Shown: one piece after another, positions 8,711 to 19,012 of the stretch
Layout: every line of letters begins with the position of its first letter
Position numbering within the stretch: the stretch's first letter is position 1
DNA from: Bdellovibrionales bacterium
GTDB lineage: Bacteria; Bdellovibrionota; Bdellovibrionia; Bdellovibrionales; UBA1609
Direction of reading: 5' to 3'
Assembly (NCBI GenBank): GCA_965261545.1
Contig: CBDHDF010000005.1
Location: 1-31,239 of the forward strand
DNA: 31,239 nt
Made by a program: the position numbers and the translations under genes
The notes under the pieces: generated by a model
What the model was told of the DNA's origin: nothing
What the model saw: the letters and a program-made list of their open reading frames with translations, nothing else
Database searches by the model: none

Positions 8711-9015
8711 TTTTACCGTACTATTTGCTCGTCACTCTCGCGGAGCTTTAGACATTAGCTGCGCCAAGGAATCCTGAAAAATACTCCATTTACCTCTGCC
8801 ATAGGGCTGAAGGATGCATTTGGGGTCATGCCAAAAGTGGTGGGCAGAAAATCATTCCTCAGAATCTTGTGGCATAGTCCGAGTTAAATGATGAGCAAAA
8901 TAAAGACACTTGACTAAACTCTGAACGAAGAATAACTAAATCAGTACATCATCAACTGGCCGTTTTTCATTGGCGACGGCTTCTAAAAATGGCCAATTTT
9001 AATTGGCGCCTAACA

Positions 9016-9567
9016 AGATACGCACTCATCCTGAATGTCAGTCATCAAAGCATCGGACTTCATGTGATATTCAAAGTCTTCCATTGCGAACCCATAGGAC
9101 TTCACAATGTGAATTATCCTTTTGAGAGGAAGTTTGACCCGTCCACTCTCAATATTACTGATGGCTCTGCTGTGGTAACCACAAGCTGCACTTGCTTTGT
9201 ATTGACTGAGGTTCTTTAATTTCCTCAATGCTGTTAATACTTGGACCTCTTTGCTGATGATTTTTGTGCAAAATCGACGGTTTTTTTTGTCAACAACAGC
9301 CTCTCCCTTGTATCCAAACCGCTCCTCAATTTGCTCACTTCTTCCCTCCCGACATAACAAAAAATCCTCATAAGTCAGTCCATAGGCTCCCATCGTTTTG
9401 TCAATTCGGGGCCTGCTTAAAATGGCTCTCCCGTTTTCCATTTTTTCAATGGCCTTGTAACCAACGCTCAAAAGAGCCCCAGCCTCTTTACGGCTGAGTC
9501 CTCTGATTTCACGCAACCTCTTTAAAGTGGCTGCATCTCTTTGCTTTTGCTTTGCATCACACCTCAT
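9016..9567 (-). pseudogene. Tandem double XRE-HTH regulator, N-terminal part (interrupted by IS21)
   Basis: Two HTH_3 repeats (LKRLREIRGLSRKEAG...IEKMENG; LRKLKNLSQYKAS...ISNIESG); AAGGAGG RBS before ATG 9567. Confidence 0.85.
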
Positions 9568-9611
9568 TTTTCCTCCTTCTGGGGCCTTCATTGAAGCCTC
9601 AAGTCTGTGCC

Positions 9612-9670
9612 TGTTAGCTGATGTTGCTGACAATTAAAATGCCCCCGTCTCGCTGAAAAGTAGCCATTTT
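9612..9670 (+). repeat. Degenerate copy of the IS21 left end
   Basis: TGTTAGCTGA-TGTTGCTGACAATTAAAATGCCCCCGTC...TGAAAAGTAGCCATTTT aligns to 5770-5823. Confidence 0.7.
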
Positions 9671-9680
9671 TGCAAGCCAG

Positions 9681-9979
9681 TGGCTACAAATTTTTGTTAG
9701 GAAATTCAATAGGATGACTTGGAGGAAGTGCTACGATACGAGCTAAAAAGTGGAGTGCTACTCTGGTAGCCAAACGGGTAGCCACAAGTAGCCATTTAAA
9801 GAAATTTCGAGAAAACTCAGGAAAGCATGAAAGATGAACTAATGCGTTAAGTGATTGAAACCATTAGTTATAAGTTTTAATGACTTAGCGGGGATTTCTG
9901 AAAACGGATTCTGACTACTAAACGAAAAATGGAGGTGGAGAATAAAAATCTCCGAATATCCAATAATTTCAATAGGTTA
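9681..9979. promoter_or_regulatory. Probable att region: integrase arm-type repeats and IHF-like sites
   Basis: GTAGCCA at 9766, 9778, 9788 and inverted at 9681; IHF-like TAAGTGATTGAAA (9848) and TTTCAATAGGTTA (9967); lies downstream of the integrase. Confidence 0.5.
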
Positions 9980-10896
9980 TACAAACCTATTTAGCAATGA
10001 TTAGCAAATTTAAGAAATGTTGAGAAATGCCAAAGGCACCTCTCAACTGAAGAATTATTTTACTGTTTCATAGATGTTCTTAACCTTGCGCCAAAGGAAA
10101 GTCGATCACATTGTTTTTAGGAACGAGAGAGTCAATAGTTGGAATCACTTGCAACACCTCTGTTGCGCCTTTGACCTCAACCCCAGCAAGCCGAAGGTAG
10201 ATCTGGAAAGTCTTAATGTCTCTCCAGCCACCGATTTTCATAACGGTGGCTTGATTTACCCCATGAGCTAACATGTGAGTCGCAAAGCAAGCCCTGAGTG
10301 TGTGAAATACAACATGTTGATTTATGTTATATTTCTTTAGAAATGCTCTCAAAACCTTTCCAGCTTCACCATTGGTCCATGTCCCATGCCTTGGAAGGAC
10401 AAAGCCTTCAGGGTCACAGTGACCATCTTTCTGAAGCTCGGTGATAATCTTCAAAAGGCCACTGGAAATGGGTACGTTTCGCCAGTAACCAGCTTTAGTG
10501 CATTTTATCACTCGCTTACGATGGCTGTAGGACTTGGAGACCAATATTGTTTGTCGATCAAAATCAATATCCTTCCACTGCAATGCCTTCAATTCGCCAC
10601 TTCTCATTCCAGTAAGAAATGCAAAAGACCAAATATGATACCAAGGATGCTGCTCTTCTTTAGCTCCTTTGAGAAGAGTTTTAATCTCTTCTAAGGTGAG
10701 AATCTTAGGAACCTTCTCCGCCTTGTCTGAAACATTAACTCCCTCAGTAGGGCTTGAGTGAACACCAACGACCAGCTTTTCCTCAATAGCCCACTTGAAG
10801 ACTACATTTACAGAGGATTTGATTTTTTTTAGTGAACCTTCCTTGCCTCCACTTTCTTTCGCCTGACTCAAGACAAGTCTTCCATCCCCCTTAGTG

Positions 10897-12313
10897 CAAT
10901 GCCGTTTCCTTAAGAAAAATCTCTTGAAATCATTAGATAAATCGACAAGAATAAGACTTGTTTTATTTTACACCCAACCCTCAACCAAGGAGTAAGTTAC
11001 ATGCAATCCAATATTGATCTCGAAAGCCCCCAAATGACGAGTTCGCGTCACAGATGACCATTTTATTCTACCAAAACTTGATTCTTCCTTCAAGCCAGAG
11101 CACCTTGTCGATCCAGAAAAACAAAAAAGGAATCGAAAATTTAATCCTCAAATTTTCTTTTTTACCATTATCTATCTTATTTCCGGAACAAATTACGAAG
11201 GCTACCAAATCGCTCTTAAGACGGTATGGACTCATTTTGGTGACCTGCTTCTCATGCCAGTCAAAAGCAGTCTCAGCAAGATACGTCAAAGTATTTCTTA
11301 CCTATTTTTCAAAGATATCTTTGAATCTCTGATTACAGACTACGAACCATTGAGAAAAACGTTTCATGGTTTTTATATCTATGCCATAGATGGCGACCAA
11401 TTAGCACTTCCTCGCTCTAAAGATCTTTTAAAGGAGGGTTATTGTGGGTACCCTTGCCCAAATGAGATGGAAACTCATTTCTTACGTATGTATCTATCTC
11501 ATGCTTATGACGTTTTATCGGGTGTGACAAAGAATCTTTGCTTTTCTCCCGCTCTCAACGAAATCGCCAATGCTATTCAAATGATAGGTAGTTTTGAGAG
11601 TAATAGCATAACTCTCTACGATAGGCTTTATTTATCTACAGAGATTATTAAGGCCCATGCTCAAGCCAGTAACTTCTTTATTGCGCGTTGTAAGCGAGGC
11701 TCTACTTTTATCCCCATCGTAAATTTATTTAATGGCCCAGGTTGGTATTCACAAATGGTTATTGAGGGGGTGGTCATTCATCTCTATAAGTATAAAAACC
11801 CAAAGACTGGGGAGTTCTCTGTTTTGGCCACTAATCTTCCGCATGGCTCCTTGGACAAGAAGGATATGGTTGCTCTTTACTCTCGTCGTTGGGAAATAGA
11901 AACGACATTTCGTGATTTTACATCGACAATGAAAATGGAGCAGTGGCACTCAACAAGCCTTAATGGAATATTGCAAGAGCTGTATTCTTATTTTTGGCTC
12001 TTCAATTATACAAAGATTCAAATGAGCATAAATGAGGATGAAGACAGTGTGAATCAGTTGGTAAAAAATGACTACAAAAAACCTAACTTTAAACTGATTC
12101 TTGATTTCATAATGGATAGCATCCCTCTTTTTGTTGCGGGGCTCTATCAGAAATTTAGGAAGCAGATAAAGTTGCTGATGAAGATTTCAATGGAGAAGAG
12201 GAGGCACTTCAAAAGAAGCTATGAAAGGTCTATCAAAAGGGCTGGGAGTTCTTTTAAAAGAAATAGCTTAACGCAGAGGCAGAGGGGTGTGGTGGCTTAA
12301 GGAAACGGCATTG
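10897..12313 (+). mobile_element. IS4-family element, copy 1 (1417 bp)
   Basis: 18-bp perfect IRs CAATGCCGTTTCCTTAAG; 10-bp TSD CCCCTTAGTG (10887-10896 and 12314-12323). Confidence 0.95.
11254..12300 (+). CDS. IS4-family DDE transposase (frame open from 11038 but no canonical start until 11254)
   Basis: AIDGD, LYDRLY, Y-SRRWEIETTFRDF (YREK-like) motifs. Confidence 0.92.
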   Translation: MPVKSSLSKIRQSISYLFFKDIFESLITDYEPLRKTFHGFYIYAIDGDQLALPRSKDLLKEGYCGYPCPNEMETHFLRMYLSHAYDVLSGVTKNLCFSPALNEIANAIQMIGSFESNSITLYDRLYLSTEIIKAHAQASNFFIARCKRGSTFIPIVNLFNGPGWYSQMVIEGVVIHLYKYKNPKTGEFSVLATNLPHGSLDKKDMVALYSRRWEIETTFRDFTSTMKMEQWHSTSLNGILQELYSYFWLFNYTKIQMSINEDEDSVNQLVKNDYKKPNFKLILDFIMDSIPLFVAGLYQKFRKQIKLLMKISMEKRRHFKRSYERSIKRAGSSFKRNSLTQRQRGVVA

Positions 12314-12657
12314 CCCCTTAGTGAGTTCGGAAGCCACGCAGTCAAGCCAAAGCTTTGTATAATGGAGCAGTCGGTTTACATGGTCCTTGATGTAATGGGG
12401 GTCTTTTTGTTTATCTCCGAGAAGTCCTTGCAAAGCATAGGTTTCCCAGCGATAAATGACATCCCTCCATTTCAGCCCTCGTCCTTCGATCTTATTGATC
12501 TCATCTGAAACAGCTCTAATAAGCCTTTTCTCTTCTTTGCACGCATCCTTAAGAGTCTCTATATTAAATTTATTCTTTTGGACCCTTATAGAAGTGTCTA
12601 CCTTTCCTCGCCCCTGAACATAGACTCGGAAAAGCTGTTTTCCATTTTTTTCATAAG

Positions 12658-12861
12658 TTAAAATTGCCATTTGTAACCTCCCATATGTTGTGAGGTTTCA
12701 ATGAGCATATCCAACTCTTCTCTTTTGAAATACAGCCTTCGCCTAAACTTTCTTGCCCTCAAAATTCTGCGATATACCAGAATCCTGATGGCATTAACGC
12801 TTTTGCGAAGATAGCGTGCAGTTTCTTCAGTTGTTAACCAAGCTAAATTGTCAAAGAGCAT
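12658..12861 (-). CDS. Excisionase-like HTH_17 protein (copy 1)
   Basis: WLTTEETARYLRKSVNAIRILVYRRILRARKFRRRLYFKREELD; overlaps the integrase start. Confidence 0.85.
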   Translation of the reverse strand: MLFDNLAWLTTEETARYLRKSVNAIRILVYRRILRARKFRRRLYFKREELDMLIETSQHMGGYKWQF

Positions 12862-13184
12862 ATCAAAGTCGCAAGTCCGTTACTTATCTCGTGACTTATT
12901 TTTAACTTACACTCTGATCCCTGCCATCTTCTTCCTGGCAGTTGTTTGCAATAATATCAATCACTTCTTTACTAGACAAGTTATAAGTTAAGAAAAATCG
13001 AAAGAATTAGCTCCATGAAGAGCACATGGGAAGCCGATTTGCCACAAAATATAAAATGGATTTTGTGACAAATACTGATCGAAAACCTTCATTTGAAGAA
13101 GCCAGCAACAGAAGGGATTTCCTTTTGAGTTATGAACAAGGGAAATTCTGAAATAGTGTTTTTAGAGCATTTAAGGAGTTTTTG

Positions 13185-14150
13185 TCATTTTTCTGAGAGT
13201 TCCTTCACTTCTTTGGAAGTAAGCCCAGTACATAGACAAATCGTTTTTGCCTCAAAGCCATTTTGAATCATTCGTAACGCTGTTTCTTCGCGGCTCTTTT
13301 TAATGCCCTTAATACCCTCTTCACGGCCCTTCTTAAGGCCCTTTCTCATTCCCTTTTCCTCAGCTTCATCCAAAGAACATTGCAATGCTGACATAACTCT
13401 TTGCTCCTCCTCGATACTTTCTTTTTCAATCTTACTGAGTATGTTTAAAGTGAAATCTGAATCGTTTCGGTGGATATAATCCACCGCCTTTTGAATAAGG
13501 AACTTTTGATCCTTCTCACCCAAGTTTGTACCCATCTGAAACAGCTCCACAATGGTCTCATGGCGAAGCTTCCAGATACTACTCATTATAAGCAAAATCG
13601 GCCTAGAAAGCAAATTTCTGCCAACTCCACGATAAAGATTTATATCATGGATATTCAACAACTTACAACGAAAATTGAGGATATTCTTCCCAAATTTCTG
13701 TCTTAAAACGGGAGTGAGCCCATCCAGAGAATCTTGAAAATTCAGGGGACCCCTCCAGTGTTTTTGTCGTCCGTGATAGACCAGTATGGGAATGACCGGA
13801 TAATTCCAGCGATTGTAAACAAGGGTCTGGTACCTCAGAATTTGTTGGAGAACTTGAGAATCCTGATGACTTTTGTGTTCGAGCAGAAAAAAAAGACGTA
13901 CCCGTTTTTGGGACCCCTTGACTTGAACTGAGAATAAAAGGTCAATGCGCCGCTCATTGCCCTCTTCATCTGTAAAGACAGTTATTTCTGGTTTGAGAGT
14001 TTTCCAGTTAAAGAGCTTAAACTCCTGTGTCGTCAAGACAAGACGGAAAATGTCTAGGCAATATCTCTCATTCAGGAAAGTTTCATTGAATAGAGCATTA
14101 TGGGACTGAGACTGTTGTTTTCTTTTTTCTGAGGTTTTCTTTGATGGCAA
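13185..14150 (-). CDS. Rpn/YhgA-like recombination-promoting nuclease (Transposase_31 type)
   Basis: SHNALF, RIDLLFSV, LLEHKS, PVIPILVYHG; C-terminal EKG/GREEG repeats and TGLT HTH tail. Confidence 0.9.
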   Translation of the reverse strand: MPSKKTSEKRKQQSQSHNALFNETFLNERYCLDIFRLVLTTQEFKLFNWKTLKPEITVFTDEEGNERRIDLLFSVQVKGSQKRVRLFFLLEHKSHQDSQVLQQILRYQTLVYNRWNYPVIPILVYHGRQKHWRGPLNFQDSLDGLTPVLRQKFGKNILNFRCKLLNIHDINLYRGVGRNLLSRPILLIMSSIWKLRHETIVELFQMGTNLGEKDQKFLIQKAVDYIHRNDSDFTLNILSKIEKESIEEEQRVMSALQCSLDEAEEKGMRKGLKKGREEGIKGIKKSREETALRMIQNGFEAKTICLCTGLTSKEVKELSEK

Positions 14151-14332
14151 TGTCAGTGGAGTCCTCGCAAAGTCTAGAAATTCAAGTTTGTACTATTTTG
14201 TGTCGACAATGACTCAGTGACATAAGTAAAGTCAAGTAGGTAGGCTTGAGTCAATGAGACTAAGGTTGGTTCAGATAGTGGGTGAGTTTATGGCTTCAAG
14301 TCAATGGCTAAAGAGGGCAAGAGTTAAGTAAA

Positions 14333-14578
14333 GTGCCGCCAAAGCAAAAAATGAAAGGAGATCAAAAAATGAAAGGAATGAAACCCATAAGGTCCATGAG
14401 ACCTTTATTGCTTTTGTGGTTATTGTCACTGTTGATGGTTTTGCCTTCATGTGCCTTTTTGAGCAAAGAGGGCCGAGTGAGTCAAGAGGGCAAAGAGAGC
14501 CGAGAGAGTCAAGACAAAGGTCTGAATCAGAATCATACAAATCCATCAAGGGACTCTTCTGCACCTCTACCTCTATCT
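14333..14578 (+). pseudogene. N-terminus of a putative lipoprotein truncated by IS4 copy 2
   Basis: Basic N-region, hydrophobic stretch and lipobox-like LPSC; frame runs into the IS end at 14579. Confidence 0.55.
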
Positions 14579-15995
14579 CAATGCCGTTTCCTTAAGAAAA
14601 ATCTCTTGAAATTATTAGATAAATCGACAAGAATAAGACTTGTTTTATTTTACACCCAACCCTCAACCAAGGAGTAAGTCACATGCAATCCAATATTGAT
14701 CTCGAAAGCCCCCAAATGACGAGTTCGCGTCACAGATGACCATTTTATTCTACCAAAACTTGATTCTTCCTTCAAGCCAGAGCACCTTGTCGATCCAGAA
14801 AAACAAAAAAGGAATCGAAAATTTAATCCTCAAATTTTCATTTTTACCATTATCTATCTTATTTCAGGAACAAATTACGAAGGCTACCAAATCGCTCTTA
14901 AGACGGTATGGACTTATTTTGGTGACCTGCTTCTCATGCCAGTCAAAAGCAGTCTCAGCAAGATACGTCAAAGTATTTCTTACCTATTTTTCAAAGATAT
15001 CTTTGAATCTCTGATTACAGACTACGAACCATTGAGAAAAACGTTTCATGGTTTTTATATCTATGCCATAGATGGCGACCAATTAGCACTTCCTCGCTCT
15101 AAAGATCTTTTAAAGGAGGGTTATTGTGGGTACCCTTGCCCAAATGAGATGGAAACTCATTTCTTACGTATGTATCTATCTCATGCTTATGACGTTTTAT
15201 CGGGTGTGACAAAGAATCTTTGCTATTCTCCCGCTCTCAACGAAATCGCCAATGCTATTCAAATGATAGGTAGTTTTGAGAGTAATAGCATAACTCTCTA
15301 CGATAGGCTTTATTTATCTACAGAGATTATTAAGGCCCATGCTCAAGCCAGTAACTTCTTTATTGCGCGTTGTAAGCGAGGCTCTACTTTTATCCCCATC
15401 GTAAATTTATTTAATGGCCCAGGTTGGTATTCACAAATGGTTATTGAGGGGGTGGTCATTCATCTCTATAAGTATAAAAACCCAAAGACTGGGGAGTTCT
15501 CTGTTTTGGCCACTAATCTTCCGCATGGCTCCTTGGACAAGAAGGATATGGTTGCTCTTTACTCTCGTCGTTGGGAAATAGAAACGACATTTCGTGATTT
15601 TACATCGACAATGAAAATGGAGCAGTGGCACTCAACAAGCCTTAATGGAATATTGCAAGAGCTGTATTCTTATTTTTGGCTCTTCAATTATACAAAGATT
15701 CAAATGAGCATAAATGAGGATGAAGACAGTGTGAATCAGTTGGTAAAAAATGACTACAAAAAACCTAACTTTAAACTGATTCTTGATTTCATAATGGATA
15801 GCATCCCCCTTTTTGTTGCGGGGCTCTATCAGAAATTTAGGAAGCAGATAAAGTTGCTGATGAAGATTTCAATGGAGAAGAGGAGGCACTTCAAAAGAAG
15901 CTATGAAAAGTCTATCAAAAGGGCTGGGAGTTCTTTTAAAAGAAATAGCTTAACGCAGAGGCAGAGGGGTGTGGTGGCTTAAGGAAACGGCATTG
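14579..15995 (+). mobile_element. IS4-family element, copy 2 (1417 bp; no TSD)
   Basis: Same IRs; near-identical to copy 1; flanks ACCTCTATCT and GCTCATAGAG do not match. Confidence 0.95.
14936..15982 (+). CDS. IS4-family DDE transposase
   Basis: 348 aa, 2 substitutions relative to copy 1. Confidence 0.92.
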   Translation: MPVKSSLSKIRQSISYLFFKDIFESLITDYEPLRKTFHGFYIYAIDGDQLALPRSKDLLKEGYCGYPCPNEMETHFLRMYLSHAYDVLSGVTKNLCYSPALNEIANAIQMIGSFESNSITLYDRLYLSTEIIKAHAQASNFFIARCKRGSTFIPIVNLFNGPGWYSQMVIEGVVIHLYKYKNPKTGEFSVLATNLPHGSLDKKDMVALYSRRWEIETTFRDFTSTMKMEQWHSTSLNGILQELYSYFWLFNYTKIQMSINEDEDSVNQLVKNDYKKPNFKLILDFIMDSIPLFVAGLYQKFRKQIKLLMKISMEKRRHFKRSYEKSIKRAGSSFKRNSLTQRQRGVVA

Positions 15996-17072
15996 GCTCA
16001 TAGAGTGGTCAAGCACCTAGAAAAAAAGGGACTTATCCTAAGGGATGAAACAGGGCAAGAGTATCTGGCTATGGAAGCCTCTGACAGTATGGACCAAGTC
16101 CACGGATCATCAGTCACCTATAGAATAGCTCTCGGTCCTCACAAAGGGAAAAAAGCACTGACTCTTCACACTGTATCACCAAGAGGTAAAGGTTTTAATA
16201 GTGAATTTCTTGCCAAATATTCTGGCTTTAGTCTCCATGGAGGAGTCGCATGTAGAGCCCATGAGAAAAAAAAGCGAGAGAGGGTATGCCGGTATATTTC
16301 AAGACCCAGCCTCAGTGAAGAAAGGCTTTCATTAAATGCCAGGGGCCAAGTCGTCTATAAACTCAAAACTGCCTATGACAATGGAACCACTCATATCGTT
16401 CTGGACCCCCTTGATTTCCTTAGCCGTCTTGCCTCCCTCATCCCTCGACCACGAGTGAATCTCACAAGATTCCACGGAGTTTTCGCGCCCAATTTCAAAT
16501 ATCGATCCTCAATCGTCCCGCAACCCCAAATCGAAGCCTCCATCGGTGAAGACTCAAGGGAAAAAACCTTAGATTTGGAAGATTCAGAGCCAAGACCAAA
16601 CAAGAAAAAATCTTCAGGAATGACCTGGGCTCAAAGGCTCAGGAGGGTTTTTGACATAGACGTTGAAACTTGCCATGAGTGTGGTGGAAAAGTAAAAGTC
16701 ATTTCTTCCATTGAAGACCCTCAGGTCATTGAAAAAATTCTTACTCATCTCGGCATCACCTCACAACCTCCAAGCCTATGGCCACCCAGAGGCCCACCAC
16801 AAAGTGAGAGTTTCGACTCATTTTCTTAACTTCTGACTGTCCTGAATGACGCATAGGGCTGTATCATCTGCTCCCTCTATGTTCATGGAGAGGTACGTCT
16901 CAACACCATAAAACAACATATTTTTCTGGCCTTATTTTCCTCAAACTTTGCCCAACACCATCCTAAACCACCAGTTAAGCCCAAAAATCCTATTGGAGCT
17001 TTCGCTGGCCTCTGCAGTTTTTACTGATATGCCTTGCGGATTTCTAAAAAAGACCTTTTATCCTTCCTATTC
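15996..17072 (+). mobile_element. IS91/ISCR-family remnant: C-terminal Y2 transposase (15996-16829) and oriIS-like end
   Basis: SVTYRIALGP, FSLHGGV, CRYISRPSLSEERL, RFHGVFAPN, WAQRLRRVFDIDVETCHECGG; ...CTTCCTAT at ~17063-17070 resembles ISCR oriIS ends (exact end approximate). Confidence 0.85.
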
Positions 17073-17595
17073 ACCTGAGGTATGTCGCCTCCGTCAAATT
17101 CCCATTTTTACCTTTGCCAACAAGATGGATCGTGAGGGCCGTGAACCCATAGAAATCATTGATGATGTGGAAAACACACTCGGAATAAGATGCTATCCTG
17201 TGACGTGGCCCATTGGCATGGGAGGACGCTTTGTGGGCCTCTATCATCGTCTCAAAAAGCAATTAATCCTTTACACCCGTGGAGAGGAGAGTCCTCAGGT
17301 TGTGCCTGTAGATGGCTGGAAAGATAAAAAAATCATGGACTTTTTGGAAAATGACCTCGCGAGTCAGCTTCAAGAAGACATGGCCCTCCTTGAAGGTGTT
17401 TTAGGGGATTGGAGTAAGGAGGACTTTCTTTGTGGGCAAATCAGTCCCATGACCTTTGGCAGTGCCAAGTTCAGCTGGGGCGTTGATTTATTCTTGGAAT
17501 TATTTGCTCAATATGCTCCTCCCCCCAGCCCTCGCAAGGCTTCCCTCCAGAGAGGGGCGGGGGCTGGAACTGGAAAAATAGGCTCACCCAGAGGA

Positions 17596-19012
17596 CAATG
17601 CCGTTTCCTTAAGCCACCACACCCCTCTGCCTCTGCGTTAAGCTATTTCTTTTAAAAGAACTCCCAGCCCTTTTGATAGACCTTTCATAGCTTCTTTTGA
17701 AGTGCCTCCTCTTCTCCATTGAAATCTTCATCAGCAACTTTATCTGCTTCCTAAATTTCTGATAGAGCCCCGCAACAAAAAGGGGGATGCTATCCATTAT
17801 GAAATCAAGAATCAGTTTAAAGTTAGGTTTTTTGTAGTCATTTTTTACCAACTGATTCACACTGTCTTCATCCTCATTTATGCTCATTTGAATCTTTGTA
17901 TAATTGAAGAGCCAAAAATAAGAATACAGCTCTTGCAATATTCCATTAAGGCTTGTTGAGTGCCACTGCTCCATTTTCATTGTCGATGTAAAATCACGAA
18001 ATGTCGTTTCTATTTCCCAACGACGAGAGTAAAGAGCAACCATATCCTTCTTGTCCAAGGAGCCATGCGGAAGATTAGTGGCCAAAACAGAGAACTCCCC
18101 AGTCTTTGGGTTTTTATACTTATAGAGATGAATGACCACCCCCTCAATAACCATTTGTGAATACCAACCTGGGCCATTAAATAAATTTACGATGGGGATA
18201 AAAGTAGAGCCTCGCTTACAACGCGCAATAAAGAAGTTACTGGCTTGAGCATGGGCCTTAATAATCTCTGTAGATAAATAAAGCCTATCGTAGAGAGTTA
18301 TGCTATTACTCTCAAAACTACCTATCATTTGAATAGCATTGGCGATTTCGTTGAGAGCGGGAGAATAGCAAAGATTCTTTGTCACACCCGATAAAACGTC
18401 ATAAGCATGAGATAGATACATACGTAAGAAATGAGTTTCCATCTCATTTGGGCAAGGGTACCCACAATAACCCTCCTTTAAAAGATCTTTAGAGCGAGGA
18501 AGTGCTAATTGGTCGCCATCTATGGCATAGATATAAAAGCCATGAAACGTTTTTCTCAATGGTTCGTAGTCTGTAATCAGAGATTCAAAGATATTTTTAA
18601 AAAATAGGTAAGAAATACTTTGACGTATCTTGCTGAGACTGCTTTTGACTGGCATGAGAAGCAGGTCACCAAAATGAGTCCATACCGTCTTAAGAGCGAT
18701 TTGGTAGCCTTCGTAATTTGTTCCGGAAATAAGATAGATAATAGTAAAAAAGAAAATTTGAGGATTAAATTTTCGATTCCTTTTTTGTTTTTCTGGATCG
18801 ACAAGGTGCTCTGGCTTGAAGGAAGAATCAAGTTTTGGTAGAATAAAATGGTCATCTGTGACGCGAACTCGTCATTTGGGGGCTTTCGAGATCAATATTG
18901 GATTGCATGTGACTTACTCCTTGGTTGAGGGTTGGGTGTAAAATAAAACAAGTCTTATTCTTGTCGATTTATCTAATAATTTCAAGAGATTTTTCTTAAG
19001 GAAACGGCATTG
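17596..19012 (-). mobile_element. IS4-family element, copy 3 (1417 bp)
   Basis: Same IRs; 10-bp TSD ACCCAGAGGA (17586-17595 and 19013-19022). Confidence 0.95.
17609..18655 (-). CDS. IS4-family DDE transposase
   Basis: 348 aa, near-identical to copies 1 and 2. Confidence 0.92.
   Translation of the reverse strand: MPVKSSLSKIRQSISYLFFKNIFESLITDYEPLRKTFHGFYIYAIDGDQLALPRSKDLLKEGYCGYPCPNEMETHFLRMYLSHAYDVLSGVTKNLCYSPALNEIANAIQMIGSFESNSITLYDRLYLSTEIIKAHAQASNFFIARCKRGSTFIPIVNLFNGPGWYSQMVIEGVVIHLYKYKNPKTGEFSVLATNLPHGSLDKKDMVALYSRRWEIETTFRDFTSTMKMEQWHSTSLNGILQELYSYFWLFNYTKIQMSINEDEDSVNQLVKNDYKKPNFKLILDFIMDSIPLFVAGLYQKFRKQIKLLMKISMEKRRHFKRSYERSIKRAGSSFKRNSLTQRQRGVVA

Larger units (their letters stand above)
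5770..9015 (+). mobile_element. Complete IS21-family insertion sequence (3246 bp)
   Basis: TGTTAG...CTAACA ends; multiple GTCGCCAAT(T/G)AAAA subterminal repeats (5770-5822, 6161-6222, 8955-9015); 5-bp TSD AGATA at 5765-5769 and 9016-9020; istA/istB pair. Confidence 0.95.
10080..12670 (-). pseudogene. Tyrosine recombinase/integrase copy 1, split by IS4 copy 1
   Basis: N-part 12314-12670 and C-part 10080-10896 rejoin to match the intact copy at 27276-28421; TGMRSGE, HTLR, GWRD...Y catalytic motifs. Confidence 0.93.

Noticed and set aside
9930..9940. TGGAGGTGGAG as the 3' end of a tRNA/tmRNA att core
   Set aside because: Only 11 nt, no T-arm follows and there is no second copy in the window
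11123..11129. A AAA AAG canonical -1 frameshift heptamer in IS4
   Set aside because: Its phase starts in an already terminated frame and does not lead into the transposase frame
16948..17076. N-terminus of the 235-aa ORF as a real prfC start
   Set aside because: Read-through from IS91 non-coding DNA; lacks the RF3 P-loop
10897..19012. Composite transposon formed by IS4 pairs
   Set aside because: Copies 1 and 3 each have their own TSD, and outer flanks of any pair do not match
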